From: Sphingomonas sp.
GTDB lineage: Bacteria; Pseudomonadota; Alphaproteobacteria; Sphingomonadales; Sphingomonadaceae
Length of the DNA stretch: 64,000 nt
Assembly: GCA_039926845.1 (NCBI GenBank)
Contig: JBDSWC010000038.1
Location: 10,964-74,963, forward strand
Direction of reading: 5' to 3'
Of the stretch, positions 29,063-38,543 are shown one piece after another (within the stretch, counting starts at the first letter, position 1; each line of letters starts with the position of its first letter). The translations under genes and the position numbers were made by a program. The notes beneath the pieces were generated by a model. That model searched no databases and had not been told where the DNA came from. It worked only from the letters and a program-made list of their open reading frames with translations.

Positions 29063-29132
29063 GGCGACAAACTGCCCTAATTGACTCGCTTGTCAATTGA
29101 AGTCGTTTCGGCGACGAAATTAGTTGTGGATA

Positions 29133-32100
29133 TTACCGCCCCAGCAATACTCGCGCTTGCCCAGCGATCTGCGCGAGCATCGCCGCGTTAGGTGCCGCCG
29201 CCGTACGAGCGCGGTCCACGACGCCCTTGAACTGCGCAACGCGCGTCGCATTGACGCCGAGCCATTCCTCGACGGCGCCTTCGGGGTCTTTACTCCCGGC
29301 ACGTTCGAGGAATTCGAGCCGCAACTGCTGGAAATCGCGCGCAAGTCCCGCGATCAGCAAGCGCTCCCACGGATCGCTCGAGTTGATTCGCGCGGCATTC
29401 GCTTGTGCCCAATCTAGCCCCAGCGCCTGACCCAGATGCGTGAACGCGCGAGTCAGCACGATCTCGTCGAGGCCGGTCTCAGCGCCCAAGTCGGCAAGCC
29501 CGACCGATCCGTCGAGCTCAAACAGCCGGACGACTTTCTTGGCCAGCGCCGCCGGGGCGCCCGCCGCTTGCAGGTTCGCCGAAATCCGCGCGCTTTGGGT
29601 CGATGCTTCCTCGAGCAGCAATTGCTTGGTCTGGCGATCGAGCGCGGTGACACCCTTGTTGAGCCGCGCCAGCGCCGCACCGGGGCTCGTGCCCGGCTTG
29701 GTCACGCGGAGCAGATCGGCGATCTGGCTGCGCACCGCGACCGCGACCTCGTCGAACAAGGCAAGGCGCCCGGCCTCGGGCATCGCGGTCGTCTCGATTT
29801 CCGCCCAGAGCTTGTCGAGGTCGAACAATCGCTCGACCACCACGAACATCGCCGCGATGTCGCCCATCGCCGCGCCTTCTTCCTCGGCCAGCTCGAACGG
29901 ATGCAGCACGCCGAGCCGGTTGATGAGGCGGTTCGCGAGCTTGGTCGCGATGATCTCGCTACGCAGGCGATGCTCGTCGATCGCCGTCGCGAATTTCTTG
30001 CGCATCGCCGGCGGGAAGGCGGCGTGGAGATCGGCGCGCAATTCGGGGTCCTGGCCGAGATCGGTGTGCTCGATCGCGTCCTGCAGCGCGAGCTTGGCGG
30101 TCGCGAGCAGCACCGCGAGTTCGGGCCGAGTCAGCCCATGGCCCTCGGCCTCGCGCCGCAACAGCGTGCCGTTGTCGCCCAGCCCCTCGACCACGCGGTC
30201 GAGCCGCCCGGTGGCCTCGAAAATCTCGATCAGCCGGACATAGCTCGGCAGCGCCTGCGCGCCGTCCTGTTCCATGATCGACAGCGCCAGCGTCTGGAGG
30301 CGATTGTCCTCCAGCACCAGATGCGCGACGTCGTCGGTCATCGATGCGAGGAAGGTGTTACGCGCGGCGTATTGCAGCCGTCCCTCGATCATCTCGCGGT
30401 TGAGCGCAATCTTGATGTTGACCTCGTTGTCCGAGCAATCGACGCCGGCCGAATTGTCGATGAAGTCGGTGTTGAGCCGTCCGCCACGTGACGCGAACGC
30501 GATGCGCCCCGCTTGGGTCACGCCCAGGTTCGCGCCCTCGCCGATCGCGATCGCGCGCAAATCCTCGGCATTGACGCGCAACCGGTCGTTGGCCGGGTCG
30601 CCGACCTCGACATGATTTTCGCTCGCCGACTTCACATAAGTGCCGATACCGCCGAACCAGATCAGATCGACCGCGCTCTTGAGGATCGCCGAGATCAACG
30701 CCGCGGGCTCCAGTTCGTCGGCGTGAATGTCGAGCGCGGCCTTCACTTCCTTGGTCAGCGCGATCGTCTTGGCGGTGCGCGGGAACACCCCGCCGCCCTT
30801 TGAGATCAGGGCGGGATTATAGTCGGCCCAACTCGACCGTGGCAGCGCGAACATGCGCGCGCGCTCGGCCCAACTCGCCGCCGCATCGGGATCGGGATCG
30901 AGGAAGATGTGGCGGTGATCGAACGCCGCGACGATCTTGAGCGTTTGGCTCAACAACATGCCGTTGCCGAACACGTCGCCCGACATGTCGCCGCACCCGA
31001 CGACGCGGATCGGCTGCGTCTGCACGTCAACGCCGCGCTCGGCGAAGTGGCGCTGAACCGACAGCCATGCGCCTTTGGCGGTAATGCCCATCGCTTTGTG
31101 GTCGTAACCCACGCTGCCGCCGCTTGCGAAGGCGTCGCCGAGCCAGAAACCGCGATCAAGCGCGATCGCATTGGCGACGTCGCTGAACGTCGCGGTGCCC
31201 TTGTCGGCGGCGACGACGAAATAGGGGTCCTCGGCATCATGGATCGCGACGCCGTCGGGATGTACGACCTTACCCTCGACGATGTTGTCCGTGATCGACA
31301 GCAAGGTGCGGATGAAGATGCGGTAGCTTTCGGTCCCTTCGGCCAGCCACGCGTCGCGGTCGACCGCGGGTGAGGGGAGTTGCTTGGGATAGAAGCCGCC
31401 CTTGGCGCCGGTCGGCACGATGACCGCATTCTTGACGCGCTGCGCCTTCATCAGTCCGAGGATTTCGGTGCGGAAGTCGTCGCGACGGTCGGACCAGCGC
31501 AGCCCGCCGCGCGCGACCGGGCCGGCGCGCAGGTGGATCCCCTCGACGCGCGGGCTGTAGACCCAAATCTCGCGCCATGGCAGCGGGGCGGGGAGGCCCG
31601 GCACCTTGTGGCTGTCGAGCTTGAACGCCAGCGCTTCTTCGGCGGCCGGTGTGAACGCGTTGGTGCGGAGCGTTGCCGCGACCACGCCCTTGATTGACCG
31701 CAGGATGCGATCGTCGTCGATCGCCGAGACCTCGTTGAGCCCCTTGGCGATGGCTTTATCGGCGAGCGCAACGCCGTCGCCCCGCGTGCCCTCGGGCGCG
31801 TGCGCGGCAAAGAAGCGGTCGATCAGCGCCTGAGCCACATCGGGGGCACGGCGCAGCGCGTCGACCACCGTCAGCAAGCCATAAGACATGCCACCCTGGC
31901 GCAAATAACGGAACCAGGCGCGGAACAGCACGGCGGAACCCGGCGCCATGTTGAGATCGACGATCAGGCGATTGAACGCGTCGTTTTCCGCGGTGCCTTC
32001 CAGCACTTGCGCGATCGCGGTTTCCAGCACTTCGGTATTGCCGTCGAACACCGTGGCGGTGCCGCCCGCCGCCTCGATCAGGAATTCGTGGATGAAACCC

Positions 32101-33740
32101 TGATTATCGTCGCTCAGCGCGGTCGGGACTTCCTCGATCACGCGGAAACCGAAATTCTCGAGCACCGGCACCGCGTCCGACAGCGCGATCGCGCCGCCCA
32201 GACGATAGAGGTTGAGCCGGGCTTGGCCGTTTTCGTCGCGATAGAGCCGCACCGCGCGCTCGCCAGGGCTTTCCAGCGTGGCAAGGCTCATGATGTCGCG
32301 CGCCGCTTCGTCGGCGGTGTTCATGGTGCGATAGCTTTGCGGGAAACAATTCGCCCAGCGCAGCGTCAACCGCGTCGCGCGTGCCGGATCGGTTTCGGCC
32401 AGCGCCGCCTCGACCCCGGGGCCCCAGCCGCGCATCATGCGCGCGAGCCGCACGTCGAGCGCGGCCACGTCGGGCGTCTGCGAATTGCCGCGCAGGTCGA
32501 TCGTGTAGCGGATCATCGCGACGACATCGTCCATCGCGACGGCCCAATTTAGCAGCGGGCCGCCGGCAGCCTCGCTCAGCATTTCGCCGATCGCGAGCCG
32601 CCGCGCCGTAGTCAGTTCGTCGCGGGGCAGCCAGACGAACGCGAATAAGTGCCGCCCGAGGATCGACTTCGCCAGCACCAGCTTGGGCCGCGGCCGGTCG
32701 GCGAGGCTCATCGCGGTCAGCGCGACGTCCTCCAGCGCTTGCGGCGTGAAGGCGATCAGCAGATCGTGCGGCAGCGTGGCCAGCGCGTGCTCGAGCGCCT
32801 TGCCGGCGTGCCCCTTGGGATCGAACCCGAATTTCTTCTGCAACTGGGAGAGCCGTGTGCGGAGCAGCGGGATGTCGTCGGGCGGGGTGTTGAGCGCGGC
32901 CGACGTCCACAGCCCGGCATGGATCGACAGGCCGGTGACCTTGCCCCCGTCGCGCAGCGGCACGACGATCAGGTCGAGCGGGATCTGGCGATGCACGCCC
33001 GAGATGAAATTGGATTTGAGCAGCAACGGCGCGTCGTTGCCCTCCTCGAACCATTTGACCGCGAGCGCACGCGAGGCTTCGGCCAGGATCGGCACGTCAT
33101 GCTTGTTGCGGCAGATGCCAAGCGGCGATTTCGCGCCCGCGTCGCGCCCGTATTTGGCGTGACCGAGCAAGGTGAAATGGCGGTCGAGGAACCAGTCGAG
33201 CAGCGCTGCACCTTCGCCGGTCAGCGTCTTCGCGTCCGCCGCCATCGCGGCCTGCAGCGCGACCCAGTCGGTCACCGCGGCGCGGACGTCCTTCAGGTTG
33301 GTTTCGAGCGCGGTGACCAGGCTGCGGCGCTCGCGCGCGTCGGCACGCTCCATCTCGATATAGATCATCGATTCGGGCGTGCCGTCGCCGACGCCCATCA
33401 GTCCGCCAAGCGGATCGCGGCTGACCGGGATGACGGGGTGGATGATACGGTCGACCGCGATGTCGTGCGCGGCGATCGTCGCCGCGATCGAATCGACCAG
33501 GAACGGCATGTCGTCGTTGACGATCGCGACGCGCATGCGGCGGTTGGGGTCGTTGGCCGCGATCGGCTCGATCACCATCGTCGGCGCGCCGGGCGGGCGG
33601 TTATAGGCGGCGGTGGCGACGAAGGCGGCGGCTTCGGCGCGCTCGGCCTTGCCGAAGCCCTGCAATTCGCCCGGAAGCGCACCCTTGATCAGTCGATCCG
33701 CGAGCGCGTCCGACAGCGATTTCAGATTGGTTTTGACCAT
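29133..33740 (-). CDS. gdhB: Large NAD-specific glutamate dehydrogenase (GdhB/GdhZ type)
   Basis: 1535 aa; VARGGLRWSDR, KNAVIVPTGAKGGF, VVAADKGTATFSD, DNSAGVDCSDNEVNIKI. Confidence 0.97.
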   Translation of the reverse strand: MVKTNLKSLSDALADRLIKGALPGELQGFGKAERAEAAAFVATAAYNRPPGAPTMVIEPIAANDPNRRMRVAIVNDDMPFLVDSIAATIAAHDIAVDRIIHPVIPVSRDPLGGLMGVGDGTPESMIYIEMERADARERRSLVTALETNLKDVRAAVTDWVALQAAMAADAKTLTGEGAALLDWFLDRHFTLLGHAKYGRDAGAKSPLGICRNKHDVPILAEASRALAVKWFEEGNDAPLLLKSNFISGVHRQIPLDLIVVPLRDGGKVTGLSIHAGLWTSAALNTPPDDIPLLRTRLSQLQKKFGFDPKGHAGKALEHALATLPHDLLIAFTPQALEDVALTAMSLADRPRPKLVLAKSILGRHLFAFVWLPRDELTTARRLAIGEMLSEAAGGPLLNWAVAMDDVVAMIRYTIDLRGNSQTPDVAALDVRLARMMRGWGPGVEAALAETDPARATRLTLRWANCFPQSYRTMNTADEAARDIMSLATLESPGERAVRLYRDENGQARLNLYRLGGAIALSDAVPVLENFGFRVIEEVPTALSDDNQGFIHEFLIEAAGGTATVFDGNTEVLETAIAQVLEGTAENDAFNRLIVDLNMAPGSAVLFRAWFRYLRQGGMSYGLLTVVDALRRAPDVAQALIDRFFAAHAPEGTRGDGVALADKAIAKGLNEVSAIDDDRILRSIKGVVAATLRTNAFTPAAEEALAFKLDSHKVPGLPAPLPWREIWVYSPRVEGIHLRAGPVARGGLRWSDRRDDFRTEILGLMKAQRVKNAVIVPTGAKGGFYPKQLPSPAVDRDAWLAEGTESYRIFIRTLLSITDNIVEGKVVHPDGVAIHDAEDPYFVVAADKGTATFSDVANAIALDRGFWLGDAFASGGSVGYDHKAMGITAKGAWLSVQRHFAERGVDVQTQPIRVVGCGDMSGDVFGNGMLLSQTLKIVAAFDHRHIFLDPDPDAAASWAERARMFALPRSSWADYNPALISKGGGVFPRTAKTIALTKEVKAALDIHADELEPAALISAILKSAVDLIWFGGIGTYVKSASENHVEVGDPANDRLRVNAEDLRAIAIGEGANLGVTQAGRIAFASRGGRLNTDFIDNSAGVDCSDNEVNIKIALNREMIEGRLQYAARNTFLASMTDDVAHLVLEDNRLQTLALSIMEQDGAQALPSYVRLIEIFEATGRLDRVVEGLGDNGTLLRREAEGHGLTRPELAVLLATAKLALQDAIEHTDLGQDPELRADLHAAFPPAMRKKFATAIDEHRLRSEIIATKLANRLINRLGVLHPFELAEEEGAAMGDIAAMFVVVERLFDLDKLWAEIETTAMPEAGRLALFDEVAVAVRSQIADLLRVTKPGTSPGAALARLNKGVTALDRQTKQLLLEEASTQSARISANLQAAGAPAALAKKVVRLFELDGSVGLADLGAETGLDEIVLTRAFTHLGQALGLDWAQANAARINSSDPWERLLIAGLARDFQQLRLEFLERAGSKDPEGAVEEWLGVNATRVAQFKGVVDRARTAAAPNAAMLAQIAGQARVLLGR

Positions 33741-33791
33741 GGCCGAACCCTATGCGCCGGTCGCGCGCGAGGCTCAAGTTCGTTTCAGATG

Positions 33792-35048
33792 TTACTTGGC
33801 AGCCTTGAGCGTGCGCACCGCAAGGTTGCGGTCGTTGGCCACCGAGGCGACGATATCGAGCGTGCCGTCGCCCGTTGCACGGCCGAGCAGGACGACGAGT
33901 TCGCCGGCTTCCAGGCCCGTCGCGAACTCGACGCTGGCCAGCACCAGCCGCTCGGCGATGTCGGCCAGCGGGTCGCGCGCGTCGGCCTTGGCCGGATTGC
34001 GTGCGGTCCGTTCGGCGGCGACGACCGCCTTGATCCCCCCCTCGACGGTTTCGAGCACTTGCGTGAGTTGCCCTGCCGGAATGGCGTGGCGGCGCGCATG
34101 GCTGAGTACCGCGGCGAACTCGGTCAGCCGTGCCTTGTCGTAATCCGTGCCGAACACCAATTTTGCGACGGCGGTCATTGGCGCGCGGTCCTGCACGACG
34201 ACGCCGGCATCCTCGAGCAATTCGCGATAGGTCTCGCCATCCTCGTCGGCGGCGAGGCCGAAATCATGGGCACGCCCCAACGCGCGATAAAGCGCGGCTC
34301 GGCTGCGCGTGTCGGCGCTGGTTGCGGCGGTCGCGCTTTCACGTGCCTGGTGGAGCTTGCCGGGGAGATCGTCAGCTTCGGCTTCTTCGATCTCGGACGC
34401 GGCTTCGGCGGCCGGACCGTCGGCCCAGACCGGCGTATTCGCGACCGGCTTCGGCGCGGTGCGCATCGCCGCATCGACTTCGGCGTCGAGGCCCGCCTGG
34501 GTGTCGGCGTCGACCAACTCCTTCCAGTTGATCACGCCATAGATGAAGTCGATCGTGTCTTCGTTCGACGAAAACGGCATCAGGATGCCGCGATACATCG
34601 TATTGTGCCCGCGCAGGCCCATGAACTCGGCCTCGAAGCCGATCGGGGCGCGGTTGGCGATGATCTGGAGATAATGGTCGGTCAGCCGCGACAGCAAAGA
34701 GCGGCTCGGCACTTGCGAGATATGCGTGATCGAGGAGTCGTGGCCGGTCTCTTCGCGCAACGCGGCGCCGAGATAGGCGATCTTGGGATCCTCGATCCCC
34801 TTGGTGAAATCGAGCAGCACCGAATGCGGCCCGAAATCGGTGATGTTCGAAGGATCGAGATCCTCGATCGACGGATAGGCGCGGCCGCGCAGCAGCGACA
34901 CCCAATGGTTGTACGCGCGCACGTGCATGCGGCGTTCGTCGGTGCCGATCGCCGCCGGCGTGGGCTCGTCGACCGCGGAATCGGTCGCGCCGCCGGCCAC
35001 TTGTTCGGCGTCGTCCCTGTCCTCGTCAAAGCCGCGCTGCGTATCCAT
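33792..35048 (-). CDS. Conserved hypothetical protein with N-terminal PAS-like domain
   Basis: AYNHW.SL..GR.YP...D.DP....FGPHSVLLD..YRGILMPFSS.. PAS_5-like pattern; helical C-terminal domain not recognised. Confidence 0.75.
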   Translation of the reverse strand: MDTQRGFDEDRDDAEQVAGGATDSAVDEPTPAAIGTDERRMHVRAYNHWVSLLRGRAYPSIEDLDPSNITDFGPHSVLLDFTKGIEDPKIAYLGAALREETGHDSSITHISQVPSRSLLSRLTDHYLQIIANRAPIGFEAEFMGLRGHNTMYRGILMPFSSNEDTIDFIYGVINWKELVDADTQAGLDAEVDAAMRTAPKPVANTPVWADGPAAEAASEIEEAEADDLPGKLHQARESATAATSADTRSRAALYRALGRAHDFGLAADEDGETYRELLEDAGVVVQDRAPMTAVAKLVFGTDYDKARLTEFAAVLSHARRHAIPAGQLTQVLETVEGGIKAVVAAERTARNPAKADARDPLADIAERLVLASVEFATGLEAGELVVLLGRATGDGTLDIVASVANDRNLAVRTLKAAK

Positions 35049-35106
35049 GCACCAATCCCCATGGGCGTCGGTCGCCCCTTCATCGCCCCTTTCTGCACCC
35101 GACGTG

Positions 35107-35123
35107 GTAAACGTTGCGTAAAC
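35107..35123 (-). promoter_or_regulatory. Possible CtrA-type site
   Basis: GTAAAC repeated at 11-bp period (minus strand TTTA-N7-TTTAC) about 60 bp upstream of the PAS gene. Confidence 0.4.
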
Positions 35124-35220
35124 CGGTTTGGCGCTAATTGGCGGGACCAGCGACGGCCTTGTCAGCTCTCGGGAGACCTGATAGTCGCCGCCGCCTTGCC
35201 GTGCCCTGGGGCCCGCGCGG

Positions 35221-35293
35221 GCCGCCTTAGCTCAGCTGGTAGAGCATCGCATTCGTAATGCGGGGGTCACAGGTTCGAGTCCTGTAGGCACCA
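35221..35293 (+). tRNA. tRNA-Thr(CGT) with 3 nt missing from the 3' acceptor strand
   Basis: TAGCTCAGCTGGTAGAGC D arm, TCGCA-TTCGTAA-TGCGG anticodon arm, ACAGG-TTCGAGT-CCTGT T arm, ACCA end; 5' GCCGCCT needs AGGCGGC but only AGGC is present. Confidence 0.92.
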
Positions 35294-35325
35294 TTGCTTC
35301 GAAAATTGAAAAGCGGGCTCGCACG

Positions 35326-36021
35326 TCAGAAGGAAAAGGCAGCGCCGAATGTGGCGATCGTGCGTCCCTTCGTCCGCGCGTAATAATCGGCGCCGGGCCC
35401 GCGGCCCGACAAGCTGGCATAAATTTCGAACGGGCCGAGCGACCGTGACACCGTGGCACGCCAATCGATCCGGCTCCGCGCGATAAAAGGCGGCGGCGTG
35501 CCGAGATCGGTCAATGCGCCGACATGGGCGTTGAAATTCAGCTTCGGCAGCACGCGGACGCTCCCTTCTACCTCAGCGTAAAGCGTGCGACGATCCGGCC
35601 TCAGATAATCGGGCGAATAATAGACCCGCGCGGTGATCGCGTGGAAGGTTAGCCCGGCATAGAGTTCAGTATACGCCAGTCCGAGGGGGCCGCCGGTCCG
35701 GCGGGCGTAGGCAGTTCGTTGCACGCCGGCCTCGATCGACAGCGCGCGTGTGACTCGCGCGGCATAGCCGATATTCGCTTCATATCCTGCGACGCCGATC
35801 TCCGACCCTTGCGCGCCGGCGATCACGACAGCGCTCGCGTAAGTGCCCGAACTGTGATCGTAGCTGATCGCCGCGGTGAGCACCGGACTGGGCTCGGTGA
35901 TCTGATAGCCGCGACTGCGATATTGGCTGTCGATCGATACGCGGCCCGCGACCTGGGCCTGCGCAAGCGGCGTGGCGAAGATCGATGCCGGTAGCGCGAC
36001 GATCAGCAACCGCGCGCGCAG
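35326..36021 (-). CDS. TorF-family putative porin / outer-membrane beta-barrel (start uncertain, 36009-36084)
   Basis: Signal peptide; SQYRSRG...T..SPVL, YTELYAGL, YYSPDY; C-terminal Phe. Confidence 0.75.
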   Translation of the reverse strand: MRARLLIVALPASIFATPLAQAQVAGRVSIDSQYRSRGYQITEPSPVLTAAISYDHSSGTYASAVVIAGAQGSEIGVAGYEANIGYAARVTRALSIEAGVQRTAYARRTGGPLGLAYTELYAGLTFHAITARVYYSPDYLRPDRRTLYAEVEGSVRVLPKLNFNAHVGALTDLGTPPPFIARSRIDWRATVSRSLGPFEIYASLSGRGPGADYYARTKGRTIATFGAAFSF

Positions 36022-36031
36022 ATGTTCCCGC

Positions 36032-37282
36032 TCAGGATTTGCCGCGTGTCTTTTGCGCCAGCCGGATCGCGCAGTCGCAGTCACAGGACGGCGAGGTCGA
36101 TACCAGCGTCGCGCAGGCGTCGATGATCCGTCCGTTGGGCCGCAGCGCGATCCGCATGCGTGCGTCGCCGCGCTGTTCCCGAACCAACGCGATTAGTCCC
36201 GCGACGTGCGCCGCTGCATAGGAACTGCCGTTGACGATGTACCATTTGCCGCCAGGCTCCGTCGTGGGAATATCGCGTCCAGGCGCACCGTACACAGTCG
36301 CGGGCCAACTACGCAAAGATTCGTCCGCCACTGCAATCACGCCGGGCTTCGAGGCGGGGAATCCCCCCTTCGACGCGGCGCCGTCATAGGCGGCGACCAC
36401 CGAAATGCCGCGCGCCAGCGCGACGTCGAGGAGCTTGTCGAGCAACGCGTCGGGCGGGCCGGTCAAGCTGAGATTGATGATTTGCGCGTCGTGATCGACC
36501 GCATATTCGATTGCCCGGGCGAGACTGAGCGTGCTGCACAACGTCGGTCTGGTCCCCGTACTCGTCTCCCAGCACGCGCGCAGCGCCATCAGCCGCGCGG
36601 CAGGTGCCACACCGGCCACCCCCAAGCCGTTATCGGCCTTTGCCGCGATGACGCCGGCAACGCCCGTCCCATGCCGCTCGGCATGAGGCACGGGCCCGCC
36701 GACGAAGTCCGCATCGTCGCTGAACTGACCCGCCAGATCGGGGTGCGTGAGCTCGATCTTGCTGTCGATCACCGCGACGCGCACACCGCGACCGGTCACG
36801 TAGCGGTGCAAGAGCGACAGGCTCCACGCACTCGCGGCGGGCTGAGCGAGATAGAGCGGGTCATTCGCGGCCAGCGCGCCACGACCCTCAAACGTTTGCA
36901 CCGGCTGGGCCCAGAGGAACGCTTTGTCGCGCGAAAGCAATGCGATCGCCTGATCGACCGAAAGTCCCGGCGGCAAGTCGAGCGCGAAGCAATCGACGCC
37001 GAGCAACGGCATTGGCCAGCTTTCCGCCACGCGCATCCCATACCTTTTGGCGATGCCGCTGGCGATCCGTCGGCGCGACGCCTGCGACGCCGCGTCGCCA
37101 TAGCTCCCGGAATACGTAGAGCCGCCGCGCAGGTGGAGCGGCGGCAGGCGCAGCATCACAAGCACTCGCGCAGGCCGCGCGGCGTCGGATGTGTCAACGA
37201 GCTCACTGATCTCCCTCGCCGGTGCTGCGTCGGTGAGCAGCAACGGCAACGCCAATAGCGCCAGGATCCAGCGCCAGGTCAT
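36032..37282 (-). CDS. Secreted S8 family (subtilase) serine peptidase
   Basis: Signal peptide, pro-region, VAVIDS, HGTGVAGVI, NGSSYAAAHVAG; ATGA overlap with the anti-sigma gene. Confidence 0.92.
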   Translation of the reverse strand: MTWRWILALLALPLLLTDAAPAREISELVDTSDAARPARVLVMLRLPPLHLRGGSTYSGSYGDAASQASRRRIASGIAKRYGMRVAESWPMPLLGVDCFALDLPPGLSVDQAIALLSRDKAFLWAQPVQTFEGRGALAANDPLYLAQPAASAWSLSLLHRYVTGRGVRVAVIDSKIELTHPDLAGQFSDDADFVGGPVPHAERHGTGVAGVIAAKADNGLGVAGVAPAARLMALRACWETSTGTRPTLCSTLSLARAIEYAVDHDAQIINLSLTGPPDALLDKLLDVALARGISVVAAYDGAASKGGFPASKPGVIAVADESLRSWPATVYGAPGRDIPTTEPGGKWYIVNGSSYAAAHVAGLIALVREQRGDARMRIALRPNGRIIDACATLVSTSPSCDCDCAIRLAQKTRGKS

Positions 37283-37911
37283 TGCGGCGTGGGCGCGTCG
37301 AGCGGCTCGGCCATGACTACGCCGCGCCTTGTCCTGAGTCGCGCCAGTCCTTTGGCGCGCAGACCGGGCTCGATCCGCAGCATATAGCCGCCGCTCGCCA
37401 GTGGACCGTCGGTGATGCGCGCGCCGGTCGCGATCAGCGCGCCGCGCATATCCTGCGCCGACATGTCGGGAGCAAATAGCACGATGGCGTTCGCCTCCAC
37501 GTTGCCGGGAGCCGTAGCGGTGCCGAGCGTATGATAGGGATCGGCGGTCTTGGTGGCGGGCAGCGAGACGATGGCGATCGTCGCCACCGACGCCGCCAGC
37601 GCGCCGCCGGTCGCCCATCCCAGGCCGATCCTCTGCCGCCACACGGAGGCGCGCCGGATCGGCGGGCCGTCCGTGGCGTCAAGCTTGCGGGCGATCGCCG
37701 CCCAGCCTTGATCGACGTCGACGCCCAGGCTGGTGACGCCCTTCTTCAACCCGTGTTCGCTCTCCGCCTCGCGCTGGCACACAGGGCATTCGGCCAGATG
37801 CGCCTCGACCATCGCCGCCTCGGCATCGTCGAGCGTATCGTTCATATACCAGGGCAACAGCTTGAGCGTCTGCTCGTGCGCATCGCCATAAAGGTGGACC
37901 AGCTTTCCCAT
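37279..37911 (-). CDS. zf-HC2 (ZAS) anti-sigma factor with TM helix and periplasmic domain
   Basis: H....LLPWY....L......VEAHLAECPVC (HxxxCxxC); hydrophobic segment; about 65-aa C-terminal alpha/beta domain. Confidence 0.9.
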   Translation of the reverse strand: MGKLVHLYGDAHEQTLKLLPWYMNDTLDDAEAAMVEAHLAECPVCQREAESEHGLKKGVTSLGVDVDQGWAAIARKLDATDGPPIRRASVWRQRIGLGWATGGALAASVATIAIVSLPATKTADPYHTLGTATAPGNVEANAIVLFAPDMSAQDMRGALIATGARITDGPLASGGYMLRIEPGLRAKGLARLRTRRGVVMAEPLDAPTPQ

Positions 37912-37921
37912 CGTCACGATC

Positions 37922-38509
37922 CTAAACCCAATCCGCCAGTTCGCCGCCCAACAATCGGCGCAAGTGCCGGCGGGCGTGGAACATGCGTGTTTTGACGGTG
38001 TCGACCGGGCACCCCATGATGCCGGCGATCTCGCGATAATCCATTTCATGAAAATAGGTGAGGTTGACCACCGTGCGGTGATCGTCCGACAGCGACGCCA
38101 TCGCATCGGCCAGCAATATGCTCGCGCGCGACTGGGTCGATGCCTCTTCGGGGGTCAAATCGAGCGCGGGGCGATTGTCCGACTGATTGTCCTCGACCGC
38201 CTCGTCCAGCCGCCGCAGCGCGCGCATCGCTTTGCGGTAGGCGATCGCGAACATCCAGGTCGACAGCTTGCTGGCGCCGTTGAAACTGCCGCCTTTGTCC
38301 CACACCACCATCATCGTATCGTTCACGACTTCCGCAATCATCGTCGGCCGCCGCACAAGATTGGCGACGAACCGCGTCATGCCCGGGTGGTAGGTCCGAT
38401 AGAGCTCCTCGAACGCCGACACGTCGCCGTCGCTGATGCGTGCGATCAGCTGAAGGTCATGGACATGACGGCGCTCGGCCGCGCCCGACCGAGCCGCTTG
38501 CGCGCGCAC
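37922..38509 (-). CDS. ECF RNA polymerase sigma factor
   Basis: AAGGAG SD before GTG 38509; GD..AFEELY, STWMFAIAYRK, YREIA.IMGCPVDTVKTRMFHAR. Confidence 0.93.
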   Translation of the reverse strand: MRAQAARSGAAERRHVHDLQLIARISDGDVSAFEELYRTYHPGMTRFVANLVRRPTMIAEVVNDTMMVVWDKGGSFNGASKLSTWMFAIAYRKAMRALRRLDEAVEDNQSDNRPALDLTPEEASTQSRASILLADAMASLSDDHRTVVNLTYFHEMDYREIAGIMGCPVDTVKTRMFHARRHLRRLLGGELADWV

Positions 38510-38543
38510 GCTGTGCTCCTTGTTCCCACCCCACACATATCTT

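Noticed and set aside
32649-35258. 869-aa plus-strand ORF
   Set aside because: Antisense shadow of gdh and the PAS gene; Arg/Gly-rich, no motifs; expected from high-GC codon bias
36032-37642. 536-aa version of the subtilase (and similar 5' extensions of cobT, the GT2, DUF1428, RHH and the NtrC regulator)
   Set aside because: The extensions overlap upstream genes or promoters; downstream starts are supported by SD sequences, stop/start overlaps, signal peptides or domain boundaries
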